The notes under the pieces were generated by a model. That model was not told the DNA's origin, did not search any database, and worked only from the letters and a program-made list of their open reading frames with translations. From Candidatus Sulfobium sp. (GTDB taxonomy: Bacteria; Nitrospirota; Thermodesulfovibrionia; Thermodesulfovibrionales; UBA6898), in contig JARRRI010000022.1 of NCBI GenBank assembly GCA_037380845.1, forward strand, positions 59,163 through 123,162: a DNA stretch of 64,000 bases, read 5' to 3'. The position numbers and the translations under genes were made by a program. Shown piece by piece: positions 9,165-18,364 of the stretch (positions are counted from its first letter, which is position 1; each line of letters opens with the position of its first letter).

Positions 9165-10727
9165 TCAGAAATGCACTCCCGACTGAAACGCATCAAGAAA
9201 CGCCCTGTCGCCGGACAGGGCCAGATGCCGCACACTTCCGGCCAGAATACAAGCTTCCCTGAAAGCTCTCTTTGAAGCAGCCATCATTACGGCCCCGGTT
9301 GCTGCGGCATTACCCAGGCCGCGTACCCTGTCGCCGCAGTCAGAAGGTACCAGGCCTGCAGACAGCAAGTCCGAGGGTTCAATCATACCAGCGAAGGTTC
9401 CCGCCAGGTAAAAGGCCGTTAACTCCCCCGGCCTGACTCCTGTGCTGTTCAGCAGCGTGTCTACAGCGCTCCGTGCGGCAGCCTTTGCAAGCAGGAACTG
9501 CTGCACGTCGTTTTCGCTTACGGTGACGCCGGGTGCGAGTATGACCTCATTCCCCCCTTCGCCACGCCTTATCCGGCCGGGGAGGAAGAGGGGAGCCTGC
9601 ATTACGCCGAACGCATCCAGTGCCCCCGCCCGGAGCAGGCCGCCGATGAGGCTGAAGAGTCCCGACCCTGTTATGCCTCTGGCAGTGTCTCCATCTATCA
9701 CGGAGATGTCGAAATCCCCTTTGTCGAAAAAAACCTTATCAATCGCACCTGCCACGCCTCGCATGCCGCACGTAATGCCCATACCTTCAAAGGCGGGACC
9801 GGCTGCAGTGGAGCACGCTACCGTCTCTTTGTCGGTAACGACGGCAACCTCTGCGTTGGTTCCTATGTCAAGAAGCACGTAAGGCGGTTCCGGAGAAAAC
9901 ATTTTCAGCGAAAGCAGTGCCGCCACCATGTCACTCCCGACGAACCCGCCGATGATTGACGGCAGGTGGAGGAGGGCACCCTGAAGGAGTCCATTGACAG
10001 AAGGAAAAATGATGTGGACAGGACCATCGATGCCGGAGTCGCAAGGGTATCGTCCCAGAAGGTCAGGATCGGTTCCCAGGAGCAGCACTTCCATAGCCGT
10101 GTTCATCACCGCTACAACATCGGTGACCCGCTGGCCGGATCCTGTTTCTTCAACAAGTCTTTCGATGTCGGACAGCGCGGGTCTGCGGAGTATTTCACGC
10201 CCCTTCTCTCCGTTATGTGACGCATAAGATAAACGGCTCATTATATCAGCGCCGAAGACCGTTTGGCCGTTTTCTCTGCTGGCCGAGGCATCCACCCGGC
10301 CTGTGGCCGGGTCTACAAGGTGTCCCACAATGTTGGTTGTGCCAAGGTCCACTGCCAGAACCACACCTCTTTCCGCTTCCCTCCATGGAGCCACAGGAAA
10401 TAAAACCTGCTCAATCTGCAATTTATAATTCGTGCCGGCCGGAGACGGCGGACAATCCACTATCTCCCCGCCCGACGGGACAACTCCGCACGCGATACGC
10501 ATCCCCTCCGCCAGTTCATCCGCGGAGAGGTGAAGTCTGTCCAGCGAAGAAGGAACCGGTGCGTGGCCCGATATCCTGACCTTGCATTTCCCGCAGGTGC
10601 CGAGTCCCCCGCACTCGGAGTTTACCGCTATGCCTGCCTTTGCAAGGACATCGAAAAGACTTTTTCCCCGTTCAGCCTTCAGCGTGAGTCCCTGAGGCCG
10701 TATGGTAATGGAGACCTTACCGCTCAT
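9165..10727 (-). CDS. ASKHA-domain ATP-dependent corrinoid reductive activator (RamA/RACo type) with N-terminal 2Fe-2S domain
   Basis: CGGLGTCGKC..R.AC, DLGTT, GADIMSR, GGFVGSD, DIGTNAE, AGPAFEG, GNAAATGA; ATG 10727 overlaps the upstream stop (ATGA). Confidence 0.92.
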   Translation of the reverse strand: MSGKVSITIRPQGLTLKAERGKSLFDVLAKAGIAVNSECGGLGTCGKCKVRISGHAPVPSSLDRLHLSADELAEGMRIACGVVPSGGEIVDCPPSPAGTNYKLQIEQVLFPVAPWREAERGVVLAVDLGTTNIVGHLVDPATGRVDASASRENGQTVFGADIMSRLSYASHNGEKGREILRRPALSDIERLVEETGSGQRVTDVVAVMNTAMEVLLLGTDPDLLGRYPCDSGIDGPVHIIFPSVNGLLQGALLHLPSIIGGFVGSDMVAALLSLKMFSPEPPYVLLDIGTNAEVAVVTDKETVACSTAAGPAFEGMGITCGMRGVAGAIDKVFFDKGDFDISVIDGDTARGITGSGLFSLIGGLLRAGALDAFGVMQAPLFLPGRIRRGEGGNEVILAPGVTVSENDVQQFLLAKAAARSAVDTLLNSTGVRPGELTAFYLAGTFAGMIEPSDLLSAGLVPSDCGDRVRGLGNAAATGAVMMAASKRAFREACILAGSVRHLALSGDRAFLDAFQSGVHF

Positions 10728-11608
10728 GCGAGCCTGAAGAGCGGATGGGACATTTCCGGACACGACCCCTTTTCCAGACACAGCTGACCCATGGCAGCAT
10801 CGACCATCGCCACGGCAGGGAACACGGAGTCTGCCAAGGCCATGGGGCCATATATAACGAAGGTACCACCCCAGGCGATCGTCAGCGCGTTGACGACTGC
10901 CGTCGCAGGTTTGCGGAATTCTTTCCCGATCTTGCTCTTCAACCCGCCCCAGGTGCTGATTGCATTGTGTGCGGCAGCGCCGGGCAGATGGCCGAGCTGG
11001 CGCGCCTTTTCCATGACCTCCTTTGCCACCCCCATGGAAGGCAGGTCGATGATGCCGGGATCGATCAGAAAATCGGTGACGCCCCTGTCCATGAGCCGGT
11101 CAATAAGTCCTCCTTTCTCAGTCATCATGCGTATCTTTCCGTCCGCGGAAAAATCCGTGCTCTCCACAAGGAGAACCACCACCGTCGTGACACCGCACTC
11201 TCCGATGGCCTCGAACTCAGCCGGCGTGCTTTCAAGAGAAATGCTGTTATAGATGACACGGGGGGAAAGACCTTTTTCGGCAAGATAACGGATACCGGCG
11301 ATCTTTGCCTCGCCGCTTGTGCCGTCTATCATGAGGGGACCGGGGAAGACTTCCGTGATGAAATCGAGATAATTCCGCATCGCCTCAGGGGTCGAAGCTA
11401 TCACATCTATGCAACATGGATTCCCTGTAATTTCCGACCACCGTGACTGAAAGTCAATAAGTCGCCGAGCCTCTGCGCGGTCGAAGCAGCCGGCAAGGGG
11501 GTCAATCACCAGTCTCTGGCGGTCGAAAAAAATGCTCCCGGCAAGGAGCGACGGGGCAGCGCCTGCCTCTCCTCCCATTGGAATGCCGCACACCGTCCTT
11601 GTTTCCAC
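10724..11608 (-). CDS. MtrH/MtgA-like methylcorrinoid:pterin (THF) methyltransferase
   Basis: GG..G..P..L.GSIF, PLMIDGT, IYNSI, LIDP, G.A.HN, YGP. Confidence 0.85.
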   Translation of the reverse strand: METRTVCGIPMGGEAGAAPSLLAGSIFFDRQRLVIDPLAGCFDRAEARRLIDFQSRWSEITGNPCCIDVIASTPEAMRNYLDFITEVFPGPLMIDGTSGEAKIAGIRYLAEKGLSPRVIYNSISLESTPAEFEAIGECGVTTVVVLLVESTDFSADGKIRMMTEKGGLIDRLMDRGVTDFLIDPGIIDLPSMGVAKEVMEKARQLGHLPGAAAHNAISTWGGLKSKIGKEFRKPATAVVNALTIAWGGTFVIYGPMALADSVFPAVAMVDAAMGQLCLEKGSCPEMSHPLFRLA

Positions 11609-11609
11609 T

Positions 11610-11969
11610 CTATACCTCCCTTCTTTCGTTGAGTACGCAGCCGGCCTCCTTTAACATCCCACCGTCGGCAACCGCTGAAAGGATATCCTTCAGGAACTGC
11701 CTGGTGAGTCCCATGAATACAAGAGTTATACCCACATTACACACTCCTCCCTCGTAATGACCTTCGTTCCTGAGAAAAACACCGGAAGGGGTCAGCGTTG
11801 ACGATGCAAAACATCGTCCCCCCGAGAACTCTGCAAAAGCCTTGGCGTGCCCCAGGGTATCCTGGGGGAGGCGGTGGGAACATGCATCCAGTACAAGACG
11901 CAGCAACTCGGAAGGCGAAACCCCGCACTCGTTTAGTTTCCACTCTTCCGAATAAGTCGAAAATTGCAT
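11610..11969 (-). CDS. Small hypothetical protein resembling a detached CobW-associated C-terminal domain
   Basis: ATG at 11969 overlaps the GTPase stop (TAATG); LGHAKAF motif. Confidence 0.65.
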   Translation of the reverse strand: MQFSTYSEEWKLNECGVSPSELLRLVLDACSHRLPQDTLGHAKAFAEFSGGRCFASSTLTPSGVFLRNEGHYEGGVCNVGITLVFMGLTRQFLKDILSAVADGGMLKEAGCVLNERREV

Positions 11970-12562
11970 TACAAAAGTTCTTTCATGAGTCCGTCCGGAA
12001 GACCGTGCAGGACGCTCACCGGATAGACGGGAGCGCGATGTGCACAAAGTCCAACGAGATTGAAGAGATTGTCTTTGTCACCCTCTTTTATCTCATCCGC
12101 CTTATTAAGAAGGATTACGTCGGCCTCTCGAATCTGTCCTTCCATAAGGGGCCGGGCGGCCTTCATAAGAAGGGGCAGGCGGACACCGTCGAGCACCAGT
12201 ATTTTCTGGAGGGGGAAATTACCGTGTCTGTACAGGGAATCGAAGAGACGCGGCGCATCCGCCATGCCCGAAGGTTCCACAAACACCCGCGAGAACTCCC
12301 CGCTGCCAACCAGGGCAGTGAGCGTCTCGACAAAATCACCCACCACGGAGCAGCAGATACATCCTGCAAATATCTCCCTTACCGGAAGCCCGGCCGCATT
12401 CAACAGCTTTCCGTCCACGGGCACTTTTCCCGCCTCGTTTACAACGATGGCGGCCCGGTTTCCCGAGGCCGTAATGCCCCTGGCCAGATGAAGCATAAGG
12501 GTCGTTTTACCGGACCCAAGGAACCCGTATATTACGACCACCCGCGTTCCTTCCTCAGGCAT
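11969..12562 (-). CDS. CobW/COG0523-family G3E metallochaperone GTPase
   Basis: GFLGSGKTT, IVVNEAG..VDG, GCICC, VEPSG, LNKAD; ATG 12562 overlaps the upstream stop. Confidence 0.9.
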   Translation of the reverse strand: MPEEGTRVVVIYGFLGSGKTTLMLHLARGITASGNRAAIVVNEAGKVPVDGKLLNAAGLPVREIFAGCICCSVVGDFVETLTALVGSGEFSRVFVEPSGMADAPRLFDSLYRHGNFPLQKILVLDGVRLPLLMKAARPLMEGQIREADVILLNKADEIKEGDKDNLFNLVGLCAHRAPVYPVSVLHGLPDGLMKELL

Positions 12563-13631
12563 TGGCGGCAGGCCTGGGGTACGATTCCCTGACAAAGCTG
12601 ACTGTAAGGTCGTCATTATAAACGGTATCCTTTGCCGCCTGCACCATGGCGAGAATGTTGGCCTCAGGGGTCTTGGGATTCAGATCGCACCCGGCACCCA
12701 GAATGAAACCCGAACCCTTTGCCGCTTCCTCTATAACACTTCTGCTTTTCCAGTATACCGCCTCCGGCGTGCCATACAGCATATAATCGATGGGGTGCAC
12801 GTTGCCTGAGATGCATATCCTGTCGCCCACCTTTTCCTTACACTCCTTCATGCTGATGGGGTAGTCCAGCTGAAGGGCCAGTGCCCCGCAATCGGACATC
12901 TGGTCCCATATCAGGGAAGTGTCTGCACAGGTATGATTGACACCTACAACGCCCTTGGACCACGAAAAAGTGAACAACTCTTTCAGGTACGGGGCGGTAA
13001 ATTCCTCATACTGCTCCGGAGAAAGTATGGTGCAGGACGAGAAAGGCTCCAGGGCCACGATGGCATGAGAACCGGCCTTTATCAGCTCTTCCCAGTAAGC
13101 AAGCGACACGTCGGTGCAGATGCGCAGAAGCGAATGCACCCACTTCGGGTCCTCGAACGTGGCTATGAGCAGTTGTTCAGGACCATACAACTGACTGGCG
13201 GTGGTAAACGGACCACCGGTGACGGGAACGACGACCTTAGTGTCGTCCACCTTTTCCCTGAGCATCTTTATCTCTTCGCAGACATAAGGCATCCTCCCGC
13301 TTTTGAGGGGGTCCACCTTCTTAAGCTTGTTGATGTCGCTTCTGTCCTTGATGAAGTAATCGACGACCACGGCAGTGTGCTCATAGACTCTGACGGTAGA
13401 GCCCAGACTCTCGGCTTCTACAAAGAGGTCCGTACCAGCCACAACTGCATCGTCGTCGAATTTCTCGGTCCCTGCCATCTTCCCTTTCACCATCTTTTCG
13501 GGATTATGGAGACATTCTTCCGTGTTTAACCCCGCCACGCGAAGCGACCTCGTGATGGAAAGCGGGGTAACGGGAACGCGATCCGGCTTTTCGAGCTTGA
13601 TCGCTGCGACAATTCTTTCCAGTGAATTCAT
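12555..13631 (-). CDS. URO-D family (MtaA/MtbA/CmuA-like) Zn methyltransferase
   Basis: PDRVPV, VEAESLG, GPFT.A, HTC and GAGCD Zn ligands, GNV.P; GGAGG RBS. Confidence 0.92.
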   Translation of the reverse strand: MNSLERIVAAIKLEKPDRVPVTPLSITRSLRVAGLNTEECLHNPEKMVKGKMAGTEKFDDDAVVAGTDLFVEAESLGSTVRVYEHTAVVVDYFIKDRSDINKLKKVDPLKSGRMPYVCEEIKMLREKVDDTKVVVPVTGGPFTTASQLYGPEQLLIATFEDPKWVHSLLRICTDVSLAYWEELIKAGSHAIVALEPFSSCTILSPEQYEEFTAPYLKELFTFSWSKGVVGVNHTCADTSLIWDQMSDCGALALQLDYPISMKECKEKVGDRICISGNVHPIDYMLYGTPEAVYWKSRSVIEEAAKGSGFILGAGCDLNPKTPEANILAMVQAAKDTVYNDDLTVSFVRESYPRPAANA

Positions 13632-13655
13632 ATCAAACCTCCTTTTCCGGATATC

Positions 13656-14303
13656 TCATGCCTGTATCCCGATGAGCTGTTTCGCCGTATGGACGGCAGT
13701 GGGTGCATCGAAACCGCCGTAAGCATCGGCACCTATTTCAGCCGCAACTTTGGCACTGGTGGGTGGTCCGCCGATGATGGTCTTAGCCCTGATGCCTGAT
13801 GATTTCGCGAGAGTGCAGACTTCCTGCATCTTGTCAAGACAGATACTCATAATGAGCGACATACCGATGAGGTCGGCATCCACTTCTTTGGCCTTGTCGA
13901 TAAAGGCCTGTGGCTCCACGTCCACACCGAGGTCATACACTTTAAAACCGCCGGCTTTCATCATCATTCCCACGAGGTTTTTCCCGATATCGTGGAGATC
14001 GCCTTTCGGGGTGCCCAATACTATCTTGCCCTTGTAAGTCCCTTCCTTGCCGGCCATCCTCTCCTCCACCAGTGCCTGGCCTGCCGAAAGGGCCTTTGCC
14101 GCCATCAGGACATGGCTTATAAACCTTTCTTTCCTGATCCACATATCGCCTACCTCGGTAAGTCCTGCGGCCAGGCCTTTCACCACAATCTGCAGTGGAT
14201 CCATACCCGCATCGAGAGCTTCCCTGGTGGCAGCCTCCGTGTTGGCAACTGACATCGAAACGATAGACTGATGAATCTTGTCCAACAACTCCTCTTTTGC
14301 CAT
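13656..14303 (-). CDS. Cobalamin-binding corrinoid protein (methyltransferase cognate)
   Basis: GDLHDIGKNLV, DLGVDV, GMS, IIGG B12-binding signature; AGGAGG RBS. Confidence 0.95.
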   Translation of the reverse strand: MAKEELLDKIHQSIVSMSVANTEAATREALDAGMDPLQIVVKGLAAGLTEVGDMWIRKERFISHVLMAAKALSAGQALVEERMAGKEGTYKGKIVLGTPKGDLHDIGKNLVGMMMKAGGFKVYDLGVDVEPQAFIDKAKEVDADLIGMSLIMSICLDKMQEVCTLAKSSGIRAKTIIGGPPTSAKVAAEIGADAYGGFDAPTAVHTAKQLIGIQA

Positions 14304-14340
14304 CTTTCTCCTCCTTTCCCGGGACACCTGTGATATATTT

Positions 14341-14410
14341 AAATGTTATCAAATGTTAGAATATGTTGTCAAAGGCTAAAATATAGCAGAATATGTTAAG
14401 ATAGGGTATT
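14341..14410. promoter_or_regulatory. Array of 10-bp-phased direct repeats in the divergent promoter
   Basis: AAATGTTATC/AAATGTTAGA/ATATGTTGTC/AAAGGCTAAA/ATATAGCAGA/ATATGTTAAG/ATAGGGTATT. Confidence 0.65.
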
Positions 14411-14471
14411 TGGTTCGGTATTTTGGAATTAAAAAGATGAAAGCTGTTAATATAACGCGAGGTTGTATGAA

Positions 14472-14923
14472 ATGGAGTTTCTGACTATAGAAGAAGTAGC
14501 AAGGATCCTGAAGATGCACACCAATACGGTATATAAAATGTGCCGCGAGGGAAAGCTGCCTGCGGTCAAGATCGGAAAGGAATGGAGAATCAGCGCTGCC
14601 CGCTTTTCGCAATTCCTTGAGAGGGGAACCGGTGCAGGGAGCACTAATGCCGGGGAGGGTATCTTTCGGGACATTTTCAGAGGTGGACATGTCCTCGGCG
14701 TTTTCACGGAGAAAGAAGATATCCTGCCCTTATGGAGTTCGAAGATGCCCTTGATAAGGGCCTGCAGGGCCTGCCGGTGACAGGTGTCTGCTCGTATCAC
14801 ATGGACTGCAGCGTGGCTGACAGCTTTGCACGGCTGGCAGACCTGGTTTCGCGCCACGACCGTCTTTTCATCCGGACGCCCGAAAGATGGGTCGCTGCCC
14901 GCGACATCCGCACGTCCTTCTGA
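14472..14923 (+). pseudogene. Excisionase-like (HTH_17/BldC-type) HTH + MEDS (DcmR-type sensory) regulator, internally deleted and frameshifted near 14725
   Basis: LTIEEVARILKMH.NTVY...REGKLPA.KIG.EWRI, then GHVLGVF..EED; second frame LMEFE..L.....P..GVCSY...L..L..RH. Confidence 0.7.
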
Positions 14924-14945
14924 TCAAAAAAAGCACAATGAAGAT

Positions 14946-16073
14946 ATGAAGACCGCCTTCATTTACTCCGGAGACTTCGCGAAGTACGACTACGGTCAGG
15001 ATCATCCGCTCAAGCCCTTCAGGTTGAAGCTTACCCGCGACCTGATAAATGCATATGGTCTCCTCTCTCGACCGGACACCATCCTTGTCGAGGCGAAGCC
15101 GGCCGCGGACGCAGACCTGCTCCTTTATCACACGAAAGAATATATTGACCTCCTCAAGTCTGCAAACGCCGGCCTCCGCATGCCGGAACAGGAACGTTAC
15201 GGACTGGGCGCAGGGGACAATCCCGTATTCAAAGGCGTTTTCGACTGGTCAACACTGGTGACGGGTGCAACTCTCCAGGCTTCCGACCTCGTGGACAGCG
15301 GTCAGGTACAGGCCGCCTTCAACATCTCGGGCGGTCTCCATCATGCCCTCTCCTCCCGCGCTTCCGGATTCTGCTACATAAACGACCCTGTAGTCGCCAT
15401 CTCCTCCCTTGTAAGAAAGGGAAGGAGGGTTGCCTATGTCGACATCGATGCCCATCACGGCGACGGGGTGCAGGATGCTTTCTACCGTACCAACAGGGTG
15501 CTGACGATATCCTTCCATGAATCAGGCCGGTACCTCTTCCCCGGTACGGGTTTCGAAAATGAAACAGGCGAAGGTGAGGGAGAAGGCTACTCCGTTAACG
15601 TTCCAATGCCACCTGCGTCCGACGACGAGCTTTTCGTTTCCGCCTTCGACGAGCTGGTACCGCCGCTGCTCGAAAAGTTCAGGCCTGACGTCATCGTAAG
15701 CCAGCTCGGCGTCGACTCGTTCGTGGGCGACCCCCTGGCGCACCTGAACTATACGACGAACGGCTTCTGTGAAGTCATCGGTAAGATGACAGCGCTTTCT
15801 CCAAAATGGATCGCCCTCGGGGGCGGAGGATACGAGATAACCAACGTGGCCAGGGCGTGGACCCTCGCCTGGGCGATCATGAACGGCGTCGAGCTGCCCG
15901 ATGAGCTGCCAGCTCCGTTTCTAGAACAGTATCCCCTCGACGGATTCAGGAGCGGAAAGCTGAGGGATGCGAAGCATCAAGAAAAAAGGACGAAAAAAGA
16001 GATGAGAAGGGAGGAGGTGGAAAGGGCAGTAGCGGTGATCAAGGAAAAAGTGTTTCCTCTGGTGCACTTTTAA
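14946..16073 (+). CDS. acuC: Acetoin utilization AcuC / class I histone-deacetylase family
   Basis: HPLKP.R, GDNP, GGLHHA, SGFCY.ND, DIDAHHGDG, FPGTG, GVD..GDPL, GGGGY. Confidence 0.95.
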   Translation: MKTAFIYSGDFAKYDYGQDHPLKPFRLKLTRDLINAYGLLSRPDTILVEAKPAADADLLLYHTKEYIDLLKSANAGLRMPEQERYGLGAGDNPVFKGVFDWSTLVTGATLQASDLVDSGQVQAAFNISGGLHHALSSRASGFCYINDPVVAISSLVRKGRRVAYVDIDAHHGDGVQDAFYRTNRVLTISFHESGRYLFPGTGFENETGEGEGEGYSVNVPMPPASDDELFVSAFDELVPPLLEKFRPDVIVSQLGVDSFVGDPLAHLNYTTNGFCEVIGKMTALSPKWIALGGGGYEITNVARAWTLAWAIMNGVELPDELPAPFLEQYPLDGFRSGKLRDAKHQEKRTKKEMRREEVERAVAVIKEKVFPLVHF

Positions 16074-16141
16074 GACCCTCGGCCGGCAGACCCTCACACT
16101 GCCCGGCTTTCTTATCTGCGGCTCGTTGTTTCCTCGAGATG

Positions 16142-17548
16142 TCAGTGACGTGCCAGTCCGGTCCGCTTCGCCACTTCCTCCACGGCGCGGGCCACGGAAG
16201 AGACGACGCTCTTGTCGAATATGCTGGGCACTATGTAATCTTCATGCAATTCATCGTCCCTGACTGTATGGGCAATGGCCTCGGCAGCGGCGAACTTGAT
16301 CTCCTCGTTCACGCCTTTCGCCCTTGCATCCAGGAGCCCCCTGAAAATGCCGGGGAATCCGAGCATGTTGTTGATCTGGTTGGGGTAGTCGGACCTGCCT
16401 GTGGCCAGGACCCTCACCAGCGGCAGCGCATCCTCCGGACAGATCTCCGGTTCGGGGTTGGCAAGGGCGAAGACAGCCGGCTGGGCCGACATCAGCATCA
16501 CGTCAGCGGGGGTAATGATTTCCGGGACTGAAAGCCCTATGAACACATCGGCGCCCTTCATGGCGTCGGATATGGTGCCTCTTATCTCCCCGCGGTTCGT
16601 TTTCCGCGCCAGTATTTTCTTATAAGAATTCATGTGCTTCCTCCTGCCCTGATAAATAACACCCTCGCTGTCGCAGACGATTATATCTTCCACCCCGTAG
16701 GCGGAAAGCATCAGCGCGTTTGCCGTTCCTGCGGCTCCGGCTCCCGATATGACTATCCGGAAGTTCCTTACGTTCTTTTTCATGAGCCTGGCGACGTTGA
16801 TCAAGGCGGCCAGCACAACTATCGCCGTCCCGTGCTGGTCGTCGTGTATGACAGGCATGCTCAGCCTTTTCCGGAGCTCGGCCTCGATCCCGAAGCATCT
16901 CGGGGCGGATATGTCTTCCAGGTTTATTCCGCCGAACGGGACTGATATGTTCTCAACGGTGCGTATTATCTCATCGGGCTCCTTTGTTGCCAGGGCGATC
17001 GGGAATGCGTCGATGTCGGCAAACTCCTTGAATATCATGGCCTTTCCTTCCATCACCGGCATCGCGGCCTCCGGTCCGATGTCCCCCAGGCCCAGAACCG
17101 CAGTCCCGTCGGTAATTACGGCTACGGAGTTGGCTTTTATGGTATACCTGTAGGCGTGCTCCCTGTTTTCATGGATGTCCATGCAGACCCTGGCGACTCC
17201 CGGCGTGTATACCTTTGAAAGGTCGTTACGGTCCCGCAGGGGGATCTTGTTGTGAATCTCGATCTTCCCTCCCTGATGGACCGAGAAGGTACGGTCCATG
17301 ACCCTGAGTATCCTGACCCCTTCCAGATTTCTGACGGCCTTCACTATCTCTTTCTCATGCGCCTCGTCCCTGGCGTTGACCGTCACGACCCTTACTACCT
17401 TCCCGGGTTCGGCGCGCACGATGTCGACCGCACCGAGATCGCCGCCGGCCTGTCCGATCGCGGTTGCGACCGCGGCGAACATGCCTATCCGGTTTTCCAT
17501 CTCTATCCGTATGGTTATGCTGTAACTGGGACCCGGTATGTGGAACAT
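16142..17548 (-). CDS. NAD(P)-dependent malic enzyme with N-terminal ACT domain
   Basis: YTPGVA, DGTAVLGLG, MEGK, NLEDI, HDDQHGTA, GAGAAG, ANP.PE, ATGRSD.PNQINN. Confidence 0.95.
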   Translation of the reverse strand: MFHIPGPSYSITIRIEMENRIGMFAAVATAIGQAGGDLGAVDIVRAEPGKVVRVVTVNARDEAHEKEIVKAVRNLEGVRILRVMDRTFSVHQGGKIEIHNKIPLRDRNDLSKVYTPGVARVCMDIHENREHAYRYTIKANSVAVITDGTAVLGLGDIGPEAAMPVMEGKAMIFKEFADIDAFPIALATKEPDEIIRTVENISVPFGGINLEDISAPRCFGIEAELRKRLSMPVIHDDQHGTAIVVLAALINVARLMKKNVRNFRIVISGAGAAGTANALMLSAYGVEDIIVCDSEGVIYQGRRKHMNSYKKILARKTNRGEIRGTISDAMKGADVFIGLSVPEIITPADVMLMSAQPAVFALANPEPEICPEDALPLVRVLATGRSDYPNQINNMLGFPGIFRGLLDARAKGVNEEIKFAAAEAIAHTVRDDELHEDYIVPSIFDKSVVSSVARAVEEVAKRTGLARH

Positions 17549-17701
17549 CACCGTAACCTCCGCCCTTGCCGTTATCTCCATTATCTCACACTCCAAAGCC
17601 GCGGAGAAGATGGTCGAAAAATTACGGGCGGCACCCTGCCTGCAGGCGTTGTGAGGTTTTCAGAAGACCTACGGTTACAAAAAGGCTTGAATTCCAGGTC
17701 C

Positions 17702-17841
17702 GTCATTCCCGGGGCAGCAGTCGGATCGAAGCGACCCTGCGCGGAGACCCGCTTCAGGACTCGCATCGGGAATCCATTTTTCAGCCGGATTGGATGCCTG
17801 CCTGCCGGCAGGCGGCCCCGATTAAGGTCCCCGGTTATGAC
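17702..17841. repeat. Family-A REP-like element with nested CCTGCCGGCAGG
   Basis: GTCATTCCCG...CGGGAATCC...TGGATGCC..CCTGCCGGCAGG (17801-17812)...TATGAC. Confidence 0.75.
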
Positions 17842-17937
17842 GAATGATACTATGAGATCGTGACTGCCCAGGGCGATTTCACCGCAGAGGCGAGCTTTAT
17901 ATACAGCTCGCAGAGCGTGGTACCGCCCCAAGATTCC

Positions 17938-18255
17938 TCATCCCATAAAAGAGCAGCAGTAATCGGTGAGTGCCTTCACTTTCATTTTGAACTTCGAATT
18001 CCCATCCACCTCGAAGGACTCCCCCGCCTTTATGTCCTTCCACTCACTCTCTCCCGGCAGGAGCACAGACAGCTCTCCGAGGGTGATCTCCATAAGCTCC
18101 CGGTCGGAGGTGCTGAACTCATACTCACCGGGCTGCATGATACCCAGCGTTTTCTTCGATCCGTCCTCGAAAAGGACTGTCCTGCTGGTTACATTGCCGT
18201 CAAAATAAACATTGGCCTTCTTGACGACCGTTACATTTTTGAACTCCTCCGCCAT
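17938..18255 (-). CDS. ppnP: Pyrimidine/purine nucleoside phosphorylase (DUF1255)
   Basis: ANVYFDG.VTSR, TLG.M.PGEY.F.T...E.MEI..G, YCC. Confidence 0.9.
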   Translation of the reverse strand: MAEEFKNVTVVKKANVYFDGNVTSRTVLFEDGSKKTLGIMQPGEYEFSTSDRELMEITLGELSVLLPGESEWKDIKAGESFEVDGNSKFKMKVKALTDYCCSFMG

Positions 18256-18364
18256 AATGCCACCTCCTCAGCCTCAGATTATCGCAAGAAAAATTTCCAC
18301 CATCGATTAACTCAGATGAACACGGATAAAGTGGACTCCTCATAGAATTATACCCGGCCCTGCC

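Noticed and set aside
11608..11612. TAG read-through (pyrrolysine) in the methyltransferase cassette
   Set aside because: The next gene is in a different frame, and no MttB/MtbB/MtmB-type gene is present
14472..14640. Excisionase indicating a prophage or ICE
   Set aside because: No integrase or phage genes; the HTH is fused to a sensory domain and faces a metabolic operon
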